A DNA stretch of 64,000 nt from Takakia lepidozioides (Eukaryota; Plantae; Bryophyta). Location of the stretch: the NCBI GenBank assembly GCA_030704615.1, contig CM060732.1, forward strand, positions 74,090,001 through 74,154,000, given 5' to 3'. The position numbers and the translations under genes are program-made. The notes under the pieces are model-generated. The model had not been told where the DNA came from, did no database searches, and worked only from the letters and a program-made list of their open reading frames with translations. Below, piece by piece: positions 37,867-49,948 of this stretch. Each line of letters opens with the position of its first letter. Positions within the stretch are counted from its first letter, which is position 1.

Positions 37867-40800
37867 ATGGCGGAAAACCCGAGCGCTACAGTGTACTGCC
37901 CTCCTCACGAGCATAGAGCTTCATTTCCGTGCAGAGGGGACATCTGCCGGGTGATGGAGAAATACTTGTGCGTTCAATACCACCTGAAACCGGGGTCGGT
38001 TTTTTTGGAGGAGGAAATGAAGGACTCAAACGGCGTTGTTGTCGAGAGTATTGTTGTGCTCCACGATGATTTCGGCGATGGCAGGGAATGGCGAGTTCCA
38101 CCATCGGACAACGTCATATACAGGGTTGTTGGGGACTTCATTTGCCCGCCAAATGCACCTTCTATCCTGGCGCCTTCCACGAAACGATCCGCGAATCAGA
38201 GAGTGGCTACCTCAAAGAGAGAAGTCCGCAACGAAGTAAATCCAGAGCCGAACCCATCCATGAAGACGAGCGAGAACCGGGTTGTTCACAACCTGTCCGA
38301 CTCAGACGAGGTCATGGAAGTTCCGAGGTCGTCCTGGAGATCAGGCAAGTCCTCAATGGACGTCAGTGGACGAGGGAGTCATATTCCCAGCACGAGCACC
38401 GCAGTTCGATCTATTCTTGAAATTCTGCGAGGGCTTCACATGGAGGGACACCGCTCGGAGCTGGCCGGGCTGGACTACAACAAGTTCGCAATTAAATCGG
38501 TTACATGCCTTCCCGCAGACGTCGACGGTAATATCTTCTTTGAGTTCCCTCCTCGGACGGACTACTCGAGGGCGTCCGGAATGTTGACAGATATGGATAG
38601 AAAACATGATGGTCATCCTTGATGCGTCACCAAAACCACCAGCATGAAGATGCTCGATGGTGTGCGGGTGCGTTGCGGTTGTTTCCCCAACTTGCTTCCA
38701 TTTTAAATCCAGAGGTCACAGGAACGAGACCGATTGGACAGGCACATGTCATCAACCATTTCGAGCTCAGGAGAAGGTTCCGAACTCCACATTTAAGTGT
38801 GCGCATTGCAAAGAACCACCACACTGCATGTCTGTTTGTAATGCCAAACAGTTCTATGTGTTGCACCGTTTCCCTGACCTCACCCGAGCTTGCATACACG
38901 TTGGTTCCCATTGTCACAAATTGGCGAGGGGGAACTCGCAGGAGGCTGCCCACGAGGCAGAGCAGCTTGTTCAGGAGGAGGTTAAGTTGAGACCGGGTGC
39001 CAAACCCAAACAGATACAGCTCCAAGCCGCCCATAAGATGGCATTGGCCAGAATTATGTCGGAAGACGGCTCCGATAGAGTTCCTCTCGATGAGAAGGAA
39101 ATGGAGGCATTGCTGGAGTCGGTGTCCCACGTATGTTCACCGAATGTCCGAAACCACATTGTCTCATGCAAACAGAAAATTGGGCGTGGCTCGGATATGC
39201 ACTCCATTCTGGAGGTGAAGCGACAATGTGGATATGACTACATTCATGGAAGTCGGTTTCCAGGACAAGGGACTGAGGCAGATCGTTGTTTCGTATTCAA
39301 AATGTCGACGTGTGGACCTGGCAGCGGCGTCGAACTGGTTGACAGGATGACGAGTGGGGACTTGTCAAACAGTTGGATCATGTTCGACCATATCAAGCGA
39401 ATTACAAATCACCAGTGGGTGACAATGGGTGCACATGTCTACACCCCACTGCAGGATGCTAATAACAATTGCTATTTGTGAGATGAAAGGAGAGGACACA
39501 CAATCGGAGATGCTTCTTTGGCAGGGAATAAACGATTAGATGGCCAAGGCGGGATTGCCCCCTCCCATTTTACGTGGTTTCATGGCGGACAACGCACAAG
39601 CAAATTGGGCTGCCATCCGAAGGGTGTACGGGCAAGACCCCAATGTTCCCATGGAAGGCAAGGAGAGATCTTGTGGGTTCCATTTTCTGCAGAGCCTTTT
39701 GTAGTACACAACCAGGCTTGTGGCGCCAGATTTCAGAGAGGAGCACCGTTCCATGTGTCTTGTGTGGAAGCGCGCTCCTACCTTGGATGATGCAGAGACA
39801 CAGTTTGCATATATACGGGCTTGGTGGACATTGTCAGGTGTTGTAAGGAAATCAGACGAGGGAGCAATGGTCAGTTGGCTAGCATGGTGGCATTATCGTT
39901 TCCTCCAGTTTGGCGACTATATGCGAGAGGTGAGTTGCACGAATTTGCGTCCCGTTGAATATTATTCTTGGCATTATTTGTAACTTGTTTGTAACCTCAA
40001 CATGTGCTTGTGCAGGAAATGTGTCTCGACTTCGACACCGACATGCCCACGACAAACATGGCCGAATCAGTGCATTCTTCCTGACGTGCCTCCTCTGCGG
40101 CGCATCTGGTGGACATCCTCACTGCCACAACGGAGGACATTGTGAGGTCAATTATGCAGCAATGCAGGTACAACGAGTTCTTGAAAGGGAAACAGTGGGG
40201 CTTGGGGCTGGACAGGCAGGAAATGCTGATGCGGACTGCCTCCAGATCGAAGAATCCTCGGAAGTGGGCGGCGGCCTTGCGAGAGGGCCTTCGGGACACG
40301 CCATTGCTTCGAAGAGGCCAACATTTGGAAGGAGATGTTCATACCTGTCCAGTGAGACGAAGACTTGACGAGGCACCTGGCGGGGAAGAGGATTCATGGC
40401 GAGCTGACAAGAATATTCGCACGCTCCCTCGTGGTCCCGTGATGTTGCCCGAGGAGGTCTCGTTGAGCACCGCAAGTCCTGCACGTTCAAGATCGTCATC
40501 TCCTTTGAGCACAGGGCACGTGCCCGAGGAACATAACGAGCCATCTGTGGTAACGCAGTACAACATACCCATTGTGGAGATAAGAGTGTTGGAGTCACAG
40601 TGGAGAATTGCAAGGACATTGTCGGCATTTCGAGGGAAGTGCTGCGCCATTCGGGTGGATACGAGAGCACGCTGTGGTGAGATGATTTGGAGGAACCCAC
40701 ACGGTGCTGTACCTGCACCTTGTTTCAGCGGCAGATTTTTGACTTCCACATTTGCTCACGCCACAACGCAGACGTTTTGGTTTTGTAGGCACGACATAAT

Positions 40801-41437
40801 GACCTGTGTAGTTGGCAAGCCCAAGTACGGGATTCAGGGAATGCCGGAGCCTCTAGGCGTCTGGCCTGTTGCACCGGGTTGCAACCTGTCTCAGAATGAG
40901 GCGGATGCTCTATCTGCAGCAGGATTTCGAATGGTGCAACGCACAGATGTCCCGGCCCACGCATTTCCAGTTCCTCAGACCCAGCCATTGCAGACTGCTC
41001 GGTCCAGTAGAGACGGATTGGACAATTCTGCACATCCCACAATGCGATTCGGAAGAGTGAAGAGACGACGACACCCTCCCAACAAGTTGAATGAGACTCG
41101 GATTGCCAATGCTCTTGGGATGGCTTGCACTATTCAGAGCTCCGTGGACGTACCTCCACCCGGCCTTGGGCGTGTTTATCGGATGACAACGGCCGGCTCG
41201 GTTATACGTGACGATGTATACACAATTACGATTGGAGTGGAACCGACTTGCAATTGTACGGACTTCTCGTTGATGGAAGCAAAGAAGGGTTCAAAGTATT
41301 ATCCGTGCAAGCATCTGTATTACATTTACCTGAAGAGGTTGAGGATGAACGTGACTATTGATGACTTTATTCATGCACCGGCGTTGAGCGTGAACGAGCT
41401 GCACAAACTCCTCCTTAGGGATTCCAGAAATCATTGA
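37867..41437 (+). pseudogene. Mutator-like (MULE) transposase with N-terminal Cys/His (GCM/WRKY-like) region and C-terminal SWIM finger
   Basis: Putative DDE core WIMFDHIKR / FMADNAQANW / ERSCGFHF (CxxH) / TTNMAES. SWIM CNCTDF..PCKHLYYIY. Intron about 39930-40016 (GTGAGT..TGCAG). Two likely TGG>TGA stops and several frameshifts. Confidence 0.8.
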
Positions 41438-41589
41438 TGGGGCAAAGGGAATCCTCCATATGGATATTTTCAATTGTATTTTCATGTATCAGATTTTTTT
41501 TTGCAGTGTAATGAAATGCACCCCAAAACTCCTGGAATGAGGCAATATTCCATTCAAACTGAGATCCAACAGAAGCAGTTGTGGGGCCA

Positions 41590-42085
41590 TTTCTGGAAAA
41601 ATGGCGCCGAATTTCTCTATTTTGGGCCGAAAACTAGCTAAGTCCCAACATGCATTGGTACCCCTGTGTCTGGAAAAATGGCGCCGAATTTCCCTATTTT
41701 GGGCCGAAAACTGGCTAAGTCCGAACATGCTCGGGAACGATGTCTGGAAAAATGGCGCCGAATTTCCAGTTACATGGCCCAGAACTGCCCAACATCTGTG
41801 CAATCCCTAGCACCATGTACCGAAATTCGGCGCCACATTTCCAAATTTTGGGCTTACATACCTATCATGTGGGGACCTATAGCCGACATTCGGCACCTTG
41901 AAGGGGAAATTGTAGTTTTGAGAGTTGTGCTCATGATATTTCGTCTTCCGCTCATGCCAATTCCCAGCGACATGTGCAAAAATGGCGCCAAATTTCGCGG
42001 TAATAGGGTCCGTAACCGGAAAAAATCGCGACGTATTTCACGGTAATAGGTCTCTCTGGCGAAAAATGGTGCCGAATTACCTTAA
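41590..42085. repeat. Palindrome-motif array 3 (about 75-bp units) downstream of the transposase
   Basis: tctggaaaaatggcgccgaattt at about 41592, 41668, 41743 plus degenerate copies to 42080; shares the gctaagtcc sub-motif with array 1. Confidence 0.88.
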
Positions 42086-42185
42086 TCGCCGCAACCTGCA
42101 CAGGTGTCGGCTTTGTAGTTTTGTGGGATTCAAAATTTTTTGGGTTTTTGGGATTTTCCATGAAATGTTTGTGGCAACATGAGGT

Positions 42186-42227
42186 GGGAATTAAGATGTC
42201 ATTGACGACACCTTAATCCCCCCCCCC
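42186..42227. other. Hairpin plus C-run, candidate right terminus of the large element
   Basis: GGGAATTAAGATGTC-attgac-GACACCTTAATCCCC (13/15 paired), just after the last motif array. No matching left end seen in the window. Confidence 0.45.
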
Positions 42228-45200
42228 TGGACACACCGCCTTCAAAGTTTTTTTGGACTCAATTTTTTGGGTTCATTGTTTTTGGAGGAATTTTTCTGCG
42301 ATTTTGTTTTGTCCTCCACTTCTCATGTTCTATCCTCCTCCCTCCTCTGCAGCCCCACCCCCATCAGAAGAGTCCATAGGTAACTCAAATTTACTCCTGT
42401 ATATAATTGCCTTGTAACTTCAGCAGTTTCCTTCAAGTTCCCTCAAAGTAAGTATTGCCAGGATCAGCCGACAAATCTGAAATTCAGGACACACTCGAGA
42501 TGTAATTGCTCCACGTGAAACAAAAACGAAGTCATGGTTCATCCATTTCGCTCATTTCTCATCCAACAGTCATCCACCATTCATCCTTTCCACTTTTCAT
42601 TCATCCGTCAGCTTTTTCATCGCACATTCGTACCATACGGTCGTCATGGAGCTTGGATTGTCCCGTCGGATGGGGTGTGCATGCGTCCGTGCTTGTAGTT
42701 TTTGTCCACGGCAATAGGCCCTCTTCTTCCCTCGGTTGTAGGCTCCCATTCACTAATCTGCTCACGCTTTAGGGATTCTGCTCACGTGAGCTGCTCACAC
42801 GGTAGCTGCCCTCGTCATGGGGGTCTGCTGCTTGCTCATTGTGGGCTGTTTTGGTGATGGGGGAAAGGCTGGTGATGGTTCATAGGCTGTGGGGGTGATG
42901 GGATCTGCTGCTGCTGGTTGAGGGGCTGTGGAGGTGATGGGGTCTTTCGGTGTTGGCGTGTGTGCGTTGTGTTTGGGTGGTTTCACAGTTTTTTTTTGTT
43001 GGGGGGGGGGGGTGTGCACTATCTGCACACTGGGCAGATCGGGGGGTTCAAGTCCCCCCCAATTCGTGGATCATGTCTTCGGGGTGGTATATGGTTTGGG
43101 TTCGCTGCATTCAAAGGAAAAGCAGGTGCTCACGGGGAGCTTCAAGACAGATTGGCCACATTCGTGACTGTTGGTAGTTGTTAGTTTTTCATGCCTGTCG
43201 GGTGGAACGCCAAAACGTCAGGCGTCTCCGGGCCTTTTTTTGGGTGTCGATTTTGGGGTCCCCCGAGTTTTCTGTGTAAATCGAACGTAGCCCCCTTTGT
43301 AGCCGGAATTGTCTACCGGCTCAGGCAATACATGGCCTCAGCTGGGATTCAAGTAGAAATACACCTACTTAGAAATCTTTGCCTGCATTTTGGTTAAAAT
43401 CCAGAAATTCTTTTTGGAGTAAGAAATCATAGTAGGAACAATTCCACCGTTGGAATTCTGGTTCCAATGCCAATTTGAACCCCTATGGCTGAATTACAGG
43501 TCAATTGAAGTAAATAGTGCTTTCTAACCCCCCCTGTTTTCCCATACAAAGGAACCCTATGCAGATTTTGGAATTCTGCTTTGCAAATTTGGGGCAAGGT
43601 GCTTTAGGTGCCTAAGAATTGGAATGTGGTTGGGGACTTGCAAGGAAAAAATATTTTTTCGGTCCAACTGCCTGGTCAAACCAATTTTTCCCTCTAAAAT
43701 TGGAATACACCAGATTTAGAGCTTGCCATTTTGCTAATGACACGGTGAAATGGGCTGGAATTTTTACAGCAGGTGCATGAGGTAGGTAGCCTCCCTTTCA
43801 TGCGGTTCATCCCTGTGGATGTTTCTTAGCTGGGAGATATACCCTCATCCGTGAGTGGGCCCACCAAAAACAGCCTCGTCCATTAGGGGTTAAGTAGGTG
43901 CCCACTTGGTTCTAGTACCTAATAAAGAGGTGCCTTTCCATCTACACCCACGGACTATCACCTGTTTTCTGACATTTTAAAGGGGCAGTACCCAAATCTC
44001 TCGTAGTCTAAAGGGGGGTGGGTGCCCCATTCAACAGGTGCCACTCACCTATTTGCAGTTTGTCTCTAGGACCACTCCTCCACTGCTGCACTCTGCTGGT
44101 CGGTGCTCCCCCCACCGACTGGCAGAGTTGCCACCACCTATTTTGAGATCACTGGACTCTGTAAGTCATTCCAACTGATATAGTAGGTCACCAGAACCTA
44201 TTCCGAAAGAGACAAGGGTGAGAGGGTGTAGGGAAAGGCACTTTAAGGAGGTGTACTCACTCCTACTTGAGAATCTTCCCAACTTCACAATTTGATAATA
44301 TGGGAGAGAGGGTTTGAGATGATGTATGTAACACCTACCTAGAGTCATTCTCTAACTATAGATAGATGAAGACAAAACGACAATGAAGATCAATTGCTAT
44401 ACTTGGCAGCCAGCAGATCAACAATTAAAAGAATTATGTTACTATTTCATTAAAATACTGGTCGCTGTTACCTGAAATGCACCAAGATGAGGGAATGACA
44501 TCATAAAGCAGAGACTCTCCCCAGTATCAGATATAGTCAATTCCAAGAAGACATAAAGTGACTCATCGAAGCCCAATCTGAATGTCCTGAGTTGAGGACC
44601 ACAATTCTGAAAGGCCTGTCAAAGGATGCCTTCTGGAAGGGCTGCACTGTCTGTCGGCAGCACGCTCCCATAGTCAGTCCTTGATTATCTGCCCAGGGTT
44701 CCACTATTCCCAATGTCTGATCAGATTATGGATCTGACACCCTACACACAGGTAAACTAACCAAATGATGCTTTCTCTGAGAGGCAAAATTTGAAGTTAA
44801 GGATTTCATCGTATAAAGCAACAGGGCAATTCTTGTCATACCCATTTTCTCAGCCCGCGGGCTTGCATCATCTTCAAGTCATTCATCCCTGAGGCCTAGC
44901 CTTGCTAGGGCTCCTCTATGTTAAGAAGACACTGGAATTTTGATATGATGACTATTTTCCTCTCGAATGTACGTCCACATGAGGACAAAGTAGTGCTTCT
45001 TGGTGAGTGGCACATCCGACAATGCCCTTGGAGCAGTGAGGACAGAAAAATCACAAAACAGCCCCCTTTACAAAGGAGCTGTTCGCCTGTGTCGCAGAAG
45101 GTCACACACTGTCAGATCAAGTCATACGATATTCTCTCCAAAATGTGGCACAACAGGGCATGTTTTTCAGTCTGTTGCAGGGTGCTCTTAAGCATCCATG

Positions 45201-45483
45201 CCCTGTCAGAAGGTGACATGCCGCAGTCTTTCCCTGCATTGGTAAATCCTGAGGCTGTGAATGAGCTTCAGCTGAGTTAACCCCATGAGATCCAGCATAG
45301 TTGAGCCTGCATGCATAGTTGAACCCTATTCTGATATCACAGCTTTCCACTTGTTTGACAGCTTTGTCTCGCCTTGGTCCAACTTACCCGTGAACCATGG
45401 GTCTTGTCCATTAGGGCCTGATCCAAAGCTTCCCTGTGAATCGAGCATTGAAAAACCTCTCAAGATGTAAGTTTCTCACACAG

Positions 45484-46742
45484 CTACGGTGGTATACCAG
45501 GATCACTGACCACCAGGATTTTCATGAGCAAACTTGCTTTCAATTTGCCACGCTGGCTGCCTAAAGTCAGAAGAGTGCAAAGAGAGGCAACAATAGTGTG
45601 ACTGTGATGCATCACCTTGTCCAAAACATCACTACCCCCTGTCTGACAGAGAGACAAAAGCACAGCTGTTGCATTTTCCTTGGCCTTTGGAGAACCACCC
45701 TTTAGAATTTCCACCAATGTTAATAGGGTTGATCCTTGCATGATGGCATCCACCCCCTCGGAACTGAGTGCCAGGGTAGAGAGCACTGATAGAGCATCCT
45801 CTGTAAGTCCAGCACGCTTGTGAATAAGGAAGGACACCAGTAGTGGCACAGCCCCCACTGCTACTACCTTGGCTTTGTTGGCTTGGTGCAGCGACAAGTG
45901 GAAGAGGACCTGGTGAAATTCACTTAAGGCATCAAACATTAGCACTGTTGTCTGGAAAGTATCCATGATTTAACATCAGCCCTATACTGAACATTGAATG
46001 CAAAAAAAGGGGTTCAACTGGGGAGGTATAAACTAGATGAAAACCAAACAAACAGAAATCCATCTTAGTCTGCACCAGATGGTTACACTGAGTCCGGCAA
46101 CAGGATGTTCAAAGAGTCACTCTGAGGGTTGCCAACCTCTGAAAATGTGTGAAGATCAAGTAGGCCAGGGTCTACAGAGAGATTGGTGGGCCGATTTAGA
46201 CATACCTTGATTGCGTCCTTCTTCCCTCGATAGTTAGCTTCTCGCAAAAGATCGAGAAGCGAGGCTATGGCGCCAGGCTGCTGCCCAACGATTTCTCTGT
46301 ACTCTTCAACTATCAACAAACTAAAAAGGGTTGCTGCAGCATTCTCTCTGGCCTCTGCGGTCTTCCCTGATCTCAACACCTCCAGAATTCCATCCAGTGC
46401 CCCAACGGTTTCAATGATTTGGAGCCGGTTATCAGGATGTATGGAAAGATTAAGCAACGCAGTGATTGTATTTTCCTGGATTTTTTCATCAACCGAGGAG
46501 AGAAGAAATACTAGTAAGGGAATCCCACCAGCTTCAGCAATCAGCTGTCGATTTTCCATGTCCCACTTTGCTAAGAGCCTTAGGTCTATCACAGCTAATT
46601 TCTTCTCCTCCAACGTCCCCTGCGCAAGCTTTGAGACCAACTCATCCACGATTAATCTCTTCTCCTCCGTCGACGCAGGTGGGCGTGGCTCGGAATTTTG
46701 AGAATTCTCACCTCCCTCTCTCTCCTCAGAACCCTTTGCCAT
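45484..46742 (-). CDS. Armadillo-repeat protein related to the ARM region of plant U-box (PUB) ligases; 2 exons (46742-46206, 45909-45484)
   Basis: LRLLAK..NRQLIAEAGGIPLLV, QENTITALLNLSI, ARENAAATLFSL, RGKKDA, AKENATAVLLSLC. In-frame intron AAG|GTATG..CCAG|GTC. Confidence 0.92.
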
Positions 46743-49700
46743 AACCCAATACACCACATACGCTCAGTGGCAATGGAGGGCATCCCGTACAGTAACAGCC
46801 AAGAGATGAGATAGCGTGGGCGGAAGGACCACCCCTTCCAAGTGCAACCAGCGCGTGCTCTCTGCGTCTGCCCAATGGTTACGGGAAACAAACTTCCAAC
46901 ACATAGTGCCCGAAACACAAAGAGTGAAGCTTAAGAGAAACAGACATAGCATGGTGACAGGGACCCACTTGCCTGGCTATTACCAGGACTCCATCCGGGC
47001 AGAAAGCTTCTCCTTCTTCGGGCGCACCGTGCCTCGAAGCTTGATCATTGCAGGGCACAAAACCTTTTGAAAATACTCCAACGATGAAACCCGAGTTGAT
47101 GCTGTCCCAGCAAGCATCAGCAGCCTGTACAATGGGGTCCCACAATCTGCAGCAGCAGATTGAGGCGGCCATGGGCTGTTCAGTGTACTTAGAATTGTGG
47201 AGGGAAGCATGCACACCGGCCATTCCCGTCAACCATTCCGTCATCTCCCCAGTCAGACCTTGGGCTAACAAGAGTTTAATTGCAGGCTTTCCCTACACAC
47301 GATCCCGATAACTCTGTGAGGGAAAGACATGGCAGTACTTTGAAAAATCTGTGTCTTAAAGTTCACTGCAGCCCTTGACTGTGTTTTTTCTTTTTTTTGG
47401 AGCTGTAGAACTCCTGGCAGCAGACTTCATTCTGTCACCGCTGCTTTGGCCTTGACTTCAATCATTCTAGCAAAATACTTTGATCAGCAATCTGCAGAAA
47501 GAAAATAATCTCTAGTGTTTCCCTTTTTTCACAATATATGGAGCGCCCTGAGGATTTTTTTTTGGTTATCTAAGAGTTGCTTACCTGGCTCCGCGAACAC
47601 CAGAACCTTATGAAGACTACTAACTGGCTTTGCTTTGGTTATTTTGTCAATAAAACATATTTTGTAGCTACATGGGGCTCTCGCGGATAACACAGGAGCC
47701 ATGCTTGTCAAGAGAGTGTAAGATTACCTCATTGAAGGTATTGGACTACACTAAGTTCACTAGAGTATTCTAAGTTAACCACCAAATTGTTGTCTACTAA
47801 AATACTTGCTATGGTTCCAAGTTGCTTCGCAGGGTTTATGTTTTCAAACCATGGTCAGGCCGGGGGTTTCGTGATTTCAGACGGAAATAAAAGACGATTA
47901 TAGGCTGCGGTGCGGTTGTGCGTTACTACTGTGCCAATACAATAGGTTACTTGGTCTATCTATACATTTGAATACACACCAAATAGTCACCCACGGACAA
48001 ATGTCCTCCCCACGATAGCGGCCCTCGCATGCAAAAGGGTAAAGTATACCAACATTATTAGCGACATCTAGGCCCAACATCGAACAGATCGCTAGAATTG
48101 CTCCCACATAGGGCTGATATTTGATTTTTGTCATCATCATATCAGCATCGGAATGCCTCTCATTTTACAATAATAGGGTCATGAACGCAAGCGTGCGAGA
48201 AGGACGGTGGGCCCCTCGTCCGGATGAGGCCCCCCCACCCACCCGCTGCGGCTGCCCCTCCCGGGCGCTCCGTCCTGCGGCCGCTTCGCTGGGGCGGGTC
48301 CGCTCCCTCTAGTCCGCGTGTCCGCCCGCCCGCAAGATCTGGGTCGTCCACGACGAATCCCATCGCAGCCCTCCAATTGCCATCAAGATGTCGCTCTTTG
48401 TGGTACGCAACTGCGGTGCGTGCGGGCGGTAGTCGTTGCCTGGTGTTCGTGTCTTTGTGTTTTCGTGACATTTTGTCATGATGTGGAAGGGCAGGAGAGG
48501 AGTCGGAGCCCTACAGCCACCATCGTGCATATGCTTCCACTATTTTCGTCATTTTTTTTGTTGCTGGCGGGGCTGTTTTTGCGATTTCATTGTACATGTA
48601 ATGCGTTTTGCCCACTTGGTTTGGCCTCTGTCCGGTCATCGCAAAATGGCCAATGTGTTGTTAGGGTTTATTCCAATGGGCCGACCGATTACAAGCCTGC
48701 CTAAAGACGACCTTAGTTTACATTTGGGATATGGTGTCGTTCAATTTTATAATTATTCATGTTGAGGTAGCCACATCCGTCCATCAGATCACCTCCTCAG
48801 TCTGGAACGGTAACCATGGGCAAGATGATAGTGAAAATCGCCGAAGCATATGCACATGAGGGCGTGTAAAAACTTTGCAGATTCCATATCCAGCCATGAA
48901 CTATTATGTGTGCTTCAGTCTGTCAATTGTGTCTGTTGGGCTGTGTTAGCATGAGACTCGTGAACTATTTCACATCTGCAGTATGGGTCTCCATGTAAAA
49001 AAGTCGGGTTTGACAGCCAATACTTGTCGGCTTGGATACCCATATGTCTGTTGCTTCGTTAGTCTTGCTTCGTTGGTGTGGTAATCAGAGCCTCTTCGGG
49101 AGTCCTCACATTGGCCTGGAATATGTTCGCAAGTCTGTTGCGATGTTAGTATGTCCTGACAACGGTCTTGCGGCGTCTGTGTACGCTGGTCTGTTGTGAG
49201 AAACTGTGAAACCATGGTGTCGCGTCGAAAATTTGGCATTACACCCTTCCGTCTGCCAGTCTGTTGTCCTGCCAGTCTTTTCAGCTAGTCTGTTGTCTTT
49301 GTCGCACCGTCAGTCTAGTCTGCCTGCAGCTTCTTACAGAGGGCGACGGAACAATGACCATGTTGACCTGCCAGTCTGTCGACCTGCTAGTTTGTCTGTT
49401 TTGTATAGTCTGTTTCGTCGTCAGCCTGTTGTAGTCGGGTGGACCTGCTTAGTGGATTACGTGTTGGTCTGCTAAAATCGGTCTGCTGTTTTCTGTCTGA
49501 CTCTGTCTGCTATTCACTCGGTCTGCTGTGCACTGGATAGACCTAGTAAATGCAATGCGGTGGCGGCATCAATCATGGTGCGCCACGTCGTGCCGTGGGT
49601 GTACTGCATTTCCGCTCCCGGGTCAGCTTGAACTTCAACTTCGCCTTCCCGCCGGTGTTGTGGTCTGCTTTTATGTCAACGTCTGTCTTCCTTGCACAGA

Positions 49701-49948
49701 CTTCTTTCCGCGCGCAGATTTGGAGAGTCATCTTAGACCCCAACAGTCGCCAAGACCGTTGCTCCCGTAGCCCGTTGCGTTCCTCATCTTCTGTTGTGTA
49801 CTTGTAGTTTTGGTTCTTGCTTCTCTGTCTGTCCTCGTATGTAGTGCTCGTTCTCGCCAGTTCTCGCACTTTCTGGACTCCTCCATTCTTTGCACTTCTC
49901 CCTTTTTGTTGGGCCCTCTGCCTTTCTCTGTTGTGTTGTGTTGTATAG

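Noticed and set aside
42240-44350. Possible further TE ends or MITEs (for example ..AATCGAACGTAGCCCCC near 43290; GGTGCC-rich tract)
   Set aside because: No partner inverted repeat, TSD or coding signal could be found in the window.
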